64,000 bases of DNA from Klebsormidium nitens (taxonomy: Eukaryota > Plantae > Klebsormidiophyceae). Below are positions 61,901 through 64,000 of this stretch, in pieces. The stretch is from the NCBI GenBank assembly GCA_000708835.1, contig DF237104.1, positions 103,101-167,100 on the forward strand, read 5' to 3'. How positions within the stretch are numbered: position 1 is the stretch's first letter; each line of letters starts with the position of its first letter. A program made the position numbers and the translations under genes. The notes beneath the pieces were generated by a model. It had not been told where the DNA came from and searched no databases. It saw only the letters and a program-made list of their open reading frames with translations.

Positions 61901-63885
61901 CCGCTCAAGGAAACAACGTGAGCTCTCCGCCTTCTGTCGCGCTTTCCAGTTTGAGACCAGCTCGTCGCACGAGTCCATTGTCACGAAGAGCCGCACAAAG
62001 TCCTCTGAATGCAGCTTGCAAAGCGCCTCTTCAATGCGTGCGGCTATCCCTGCGCTGTCTCTTTCCTCACGGCAGCGCCCTAACGTCGTCACAAAGTGCT
62101 TATTGATGCTGAAGGCCCCATTTGGAGCTTGATACGTCACCCCTACTTGGAACCCTGCTGCTCCTCCATTGCGAGAGTCCCAGGAAAGATCTAGGAAAGC
62201 ATTTTCCCCTCCGATGACAACCCCCTGGACCAAGTCGGCGCTCAAAGTGAACGAACCGAGGTGCAAGCCAGGACCCGAAAAGTCCAGCTTGCGCAAGGGT
62301 GTCACCTTATAATCTGCGAAGCCAGTCTCAGGAAGGGGGCCGCAGAGGTGACCGTCCGGGCTGCGATGATTCTTCAGCGGTAACATGAAATGTTGCCCGG
62401 ACTGACTGCGGTATGCAAACTCCTCCTGGCTGATGACCACAGTGGTCTGGGGGATGGGTTCTTGGGTTGGATCCTGTGAAGAGCGCAGCCGCTTGCGAAC
62501 ACGCTGGGGACGTAGTGCAGACTCGTGCGGTGCATCTTCAGGCGATAAGAACGGCCGCTTATGTGAGCCCGGGCCTCTGATGCTGGGGCCACCATCTGTC
62601 ACAAGTTGAGTGAGAAGTTGAGTGAGAAGCAAGCAGGACTAGTTTGCAAGTGATAGCCTTGACACAATCAGCAAAAATGCCCCTCCCTTGTCATGTCTCC
62701 TGGTCTTCGTTTTCTTGTGAAAGGCATGATGTCAACAGATGAGAACCAGAGGAGGCATGCGTTTCTGCAAGGACTGAAAGATGACAAGAGATATGTAGTG
62801 CCTTTTCAAAATCGCCTAAGTAGTTGGCCAAAGGGACTGTTGCGGCAGAATACTTTTGGACCAATTCAACAATTAGCGAAATATGAAAAACCAAAGCCAG
62901 CTCTTTTTTGCATAGAAGTCAGGTGGTTTATGACCTGATTGAGCGCGCCCTCCAGCCCTTCCCAAATGTCTGATGAATTGGACCTTCATTGGGTGCTGTC
63001 AGAGCTTGATACACAACCCTTGATAGACGACCACACTGATTCGCCCTTGCTTCCATAACCAATTCTTATTCAGGATTGGTTGTATTTAGCAGCACTGATT
63101 TCACAAGCATTGCGCCCTTGTTTCCCTGCCACATGTATTAGCTACTGCTGCTTCACGAACTCAGAGCAGAGTGGAAGCACAAGGACCTGCCTACTTAATG
63201 TACAAGACATTCTTGATTAGGTGCTTTCACAAGCATGGAAGATTTCCTTTAGCCTACCTTCAGCACCTCCAGTCAATTCAGCAGCCTCCATCACTTCATC
63301 AGTGCAGCTCATTGCAAACCCCCGCTGATCACCACCTCCTTGGCTCTCCTTCTTTTCCCGCCGCTTCTGCAAAGCCTGCACCTGTGCAAAGTGAGTGTTT
63401 GCCGCCGCATTCACACACCCCTTGGCCTTCCTCAGTTTCTTCACCAGAGAGGCGTCCTCAACACCGGGGCCTACCAGCTCACGAAGCATAGCTACCTTCT
63501 CTTGAAGCTTTGTTCGGCTGGCGTCTCTCGGCCCCGCTCTCTCTTGCGTAAGATGAGCTCTGTCCAAAGAGTCACCACTTTCCAAGTGAGCAGCCCTTTC
63601 GGCAGGCGATCCACGCACATTGGACAGGACTTGCCTACTCGAGAAACTCAGGTTCGAAGGCCCCGCTTCATCAGCAGATATTGTAGCAGGCAATGCAAGT
63701 GGAGTTGAATAGGGGCCCTGCTCTTCAGAGGAGAAAAACATAGAGACAGCCAGCTCCAGGTTGCCGTCCGCTGCGAGAAGCAATGCTGCAGCTCCAGAAG
63801 CATCAACTCCCCTTCCCAAAACCTCCACCAGCTCGGCAACTTTGGTTGGATCAGCCATAGCGTCAGTGTCTTCAAAAATTTGCAT
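49919..63885 (-). CDS. SNF2-family helicase / RING E3 ligase (SHPRH/IRC20/RAD5-like) with two N-terminal UBA/CUE-like repeats
   Basis: YQLQGLAWM (Q motif); GGLLCDEM/GLGKT (I); ATLVVVPASLLDQW (Ia); WRLVLDEAQ (II); WVVTGTP (III); MLRRTK; LRQACCHPQ; RING CPICLD...CGHVFCGDC; KSVIFSSW (IV); GAAGLNLTAA...EP (V); EAQAACRIHRLGQ (VI); stop at 49919-49921. The start (63885) and some middle exons are uncertain, and the gene may begin beyond the window. Confidence 0.9.
51179..51801. promoter_or_regulatory. Cluster of nine TGACGTCA palindromes in a SNF2 gene intron; function unknown
   Basis: Starts at 51179, 51188, 51214, 51475, 51506, 51623, 51732, 51752, 51794 (counted by eye). Confidence 0.5.
57106..57272 (-). 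mobile_element. MITE-like element, degenerate copy 3, inverted (in a SNF2 gene intron)
   Basis: CTCAAGAAC...TTTTCTGAG ends; the interior GGGTAGG...GTTAGGGTGGGTGGGGGTGCGGAGC is the reverse complement of the GCTCCGCACCCGTACCCACCCTAACC core. Confidence 0.6.
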
Positions 63886-64000
63886 GTCTCTGTCTCTTTC
63901 GAGTGGCTGCCAGTGCTGTGCAGAGAACAGAGCCCAGATTTGCAGGACAGAAAGACGAGTAGAGGCCCATGCCCCGACCACTTGTCAAGTCTGAGTCTGA

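Noticed and set aside
10-64000. Most of the short ORFs in the six-frame track
   Set aside because: They are antisense or alternative-frame shadows of exons, or intron read-throughs, with no motifs; spliced models explain the coding signal.

Overview
Eukaryotic, intron-rich nuclear DNA with GT-AG introns and one 289-nt N gap. It is most likely a streptophyte green alga of the Klebsormidium type; this is inferred from the plant-type RLK/Pelle kinase, A1 protease and intron style, and no database was used. By hand-splicing I can support: an A1 aspartic protease (+), two head-to-head hemerythrin (HHE) paralogs, a GTPase Era (-), a small unknown spliced gene (+), a fucosyltransferase-like gene (-), a 10-exon Mutator/IS256-clan DDE transposase (+) with a 75-bp coding tandem repeat, an RLK/Pelle kinase with a multi-pass membrane N-terminus (+), and a SNF2-RING helicase/E3 ligase of the SHPRH/RAD5 type (-). 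The most striking unexplained pattern is splice-junction echoes: about 85-180-bp decayed tandem copies of an intron/exon boundary stacked in the intron next to the functional splice site, found in 5 genes. Also notable are a small TIR element with telomere-like internal repeats (3-4 copies), a G.U-rich multi-hairpin region at about 29.9-30.4 kb that may be a structured RNA, GAA-triloop hairpin/CTAG modules, and a dense TGACGTCA cluster.
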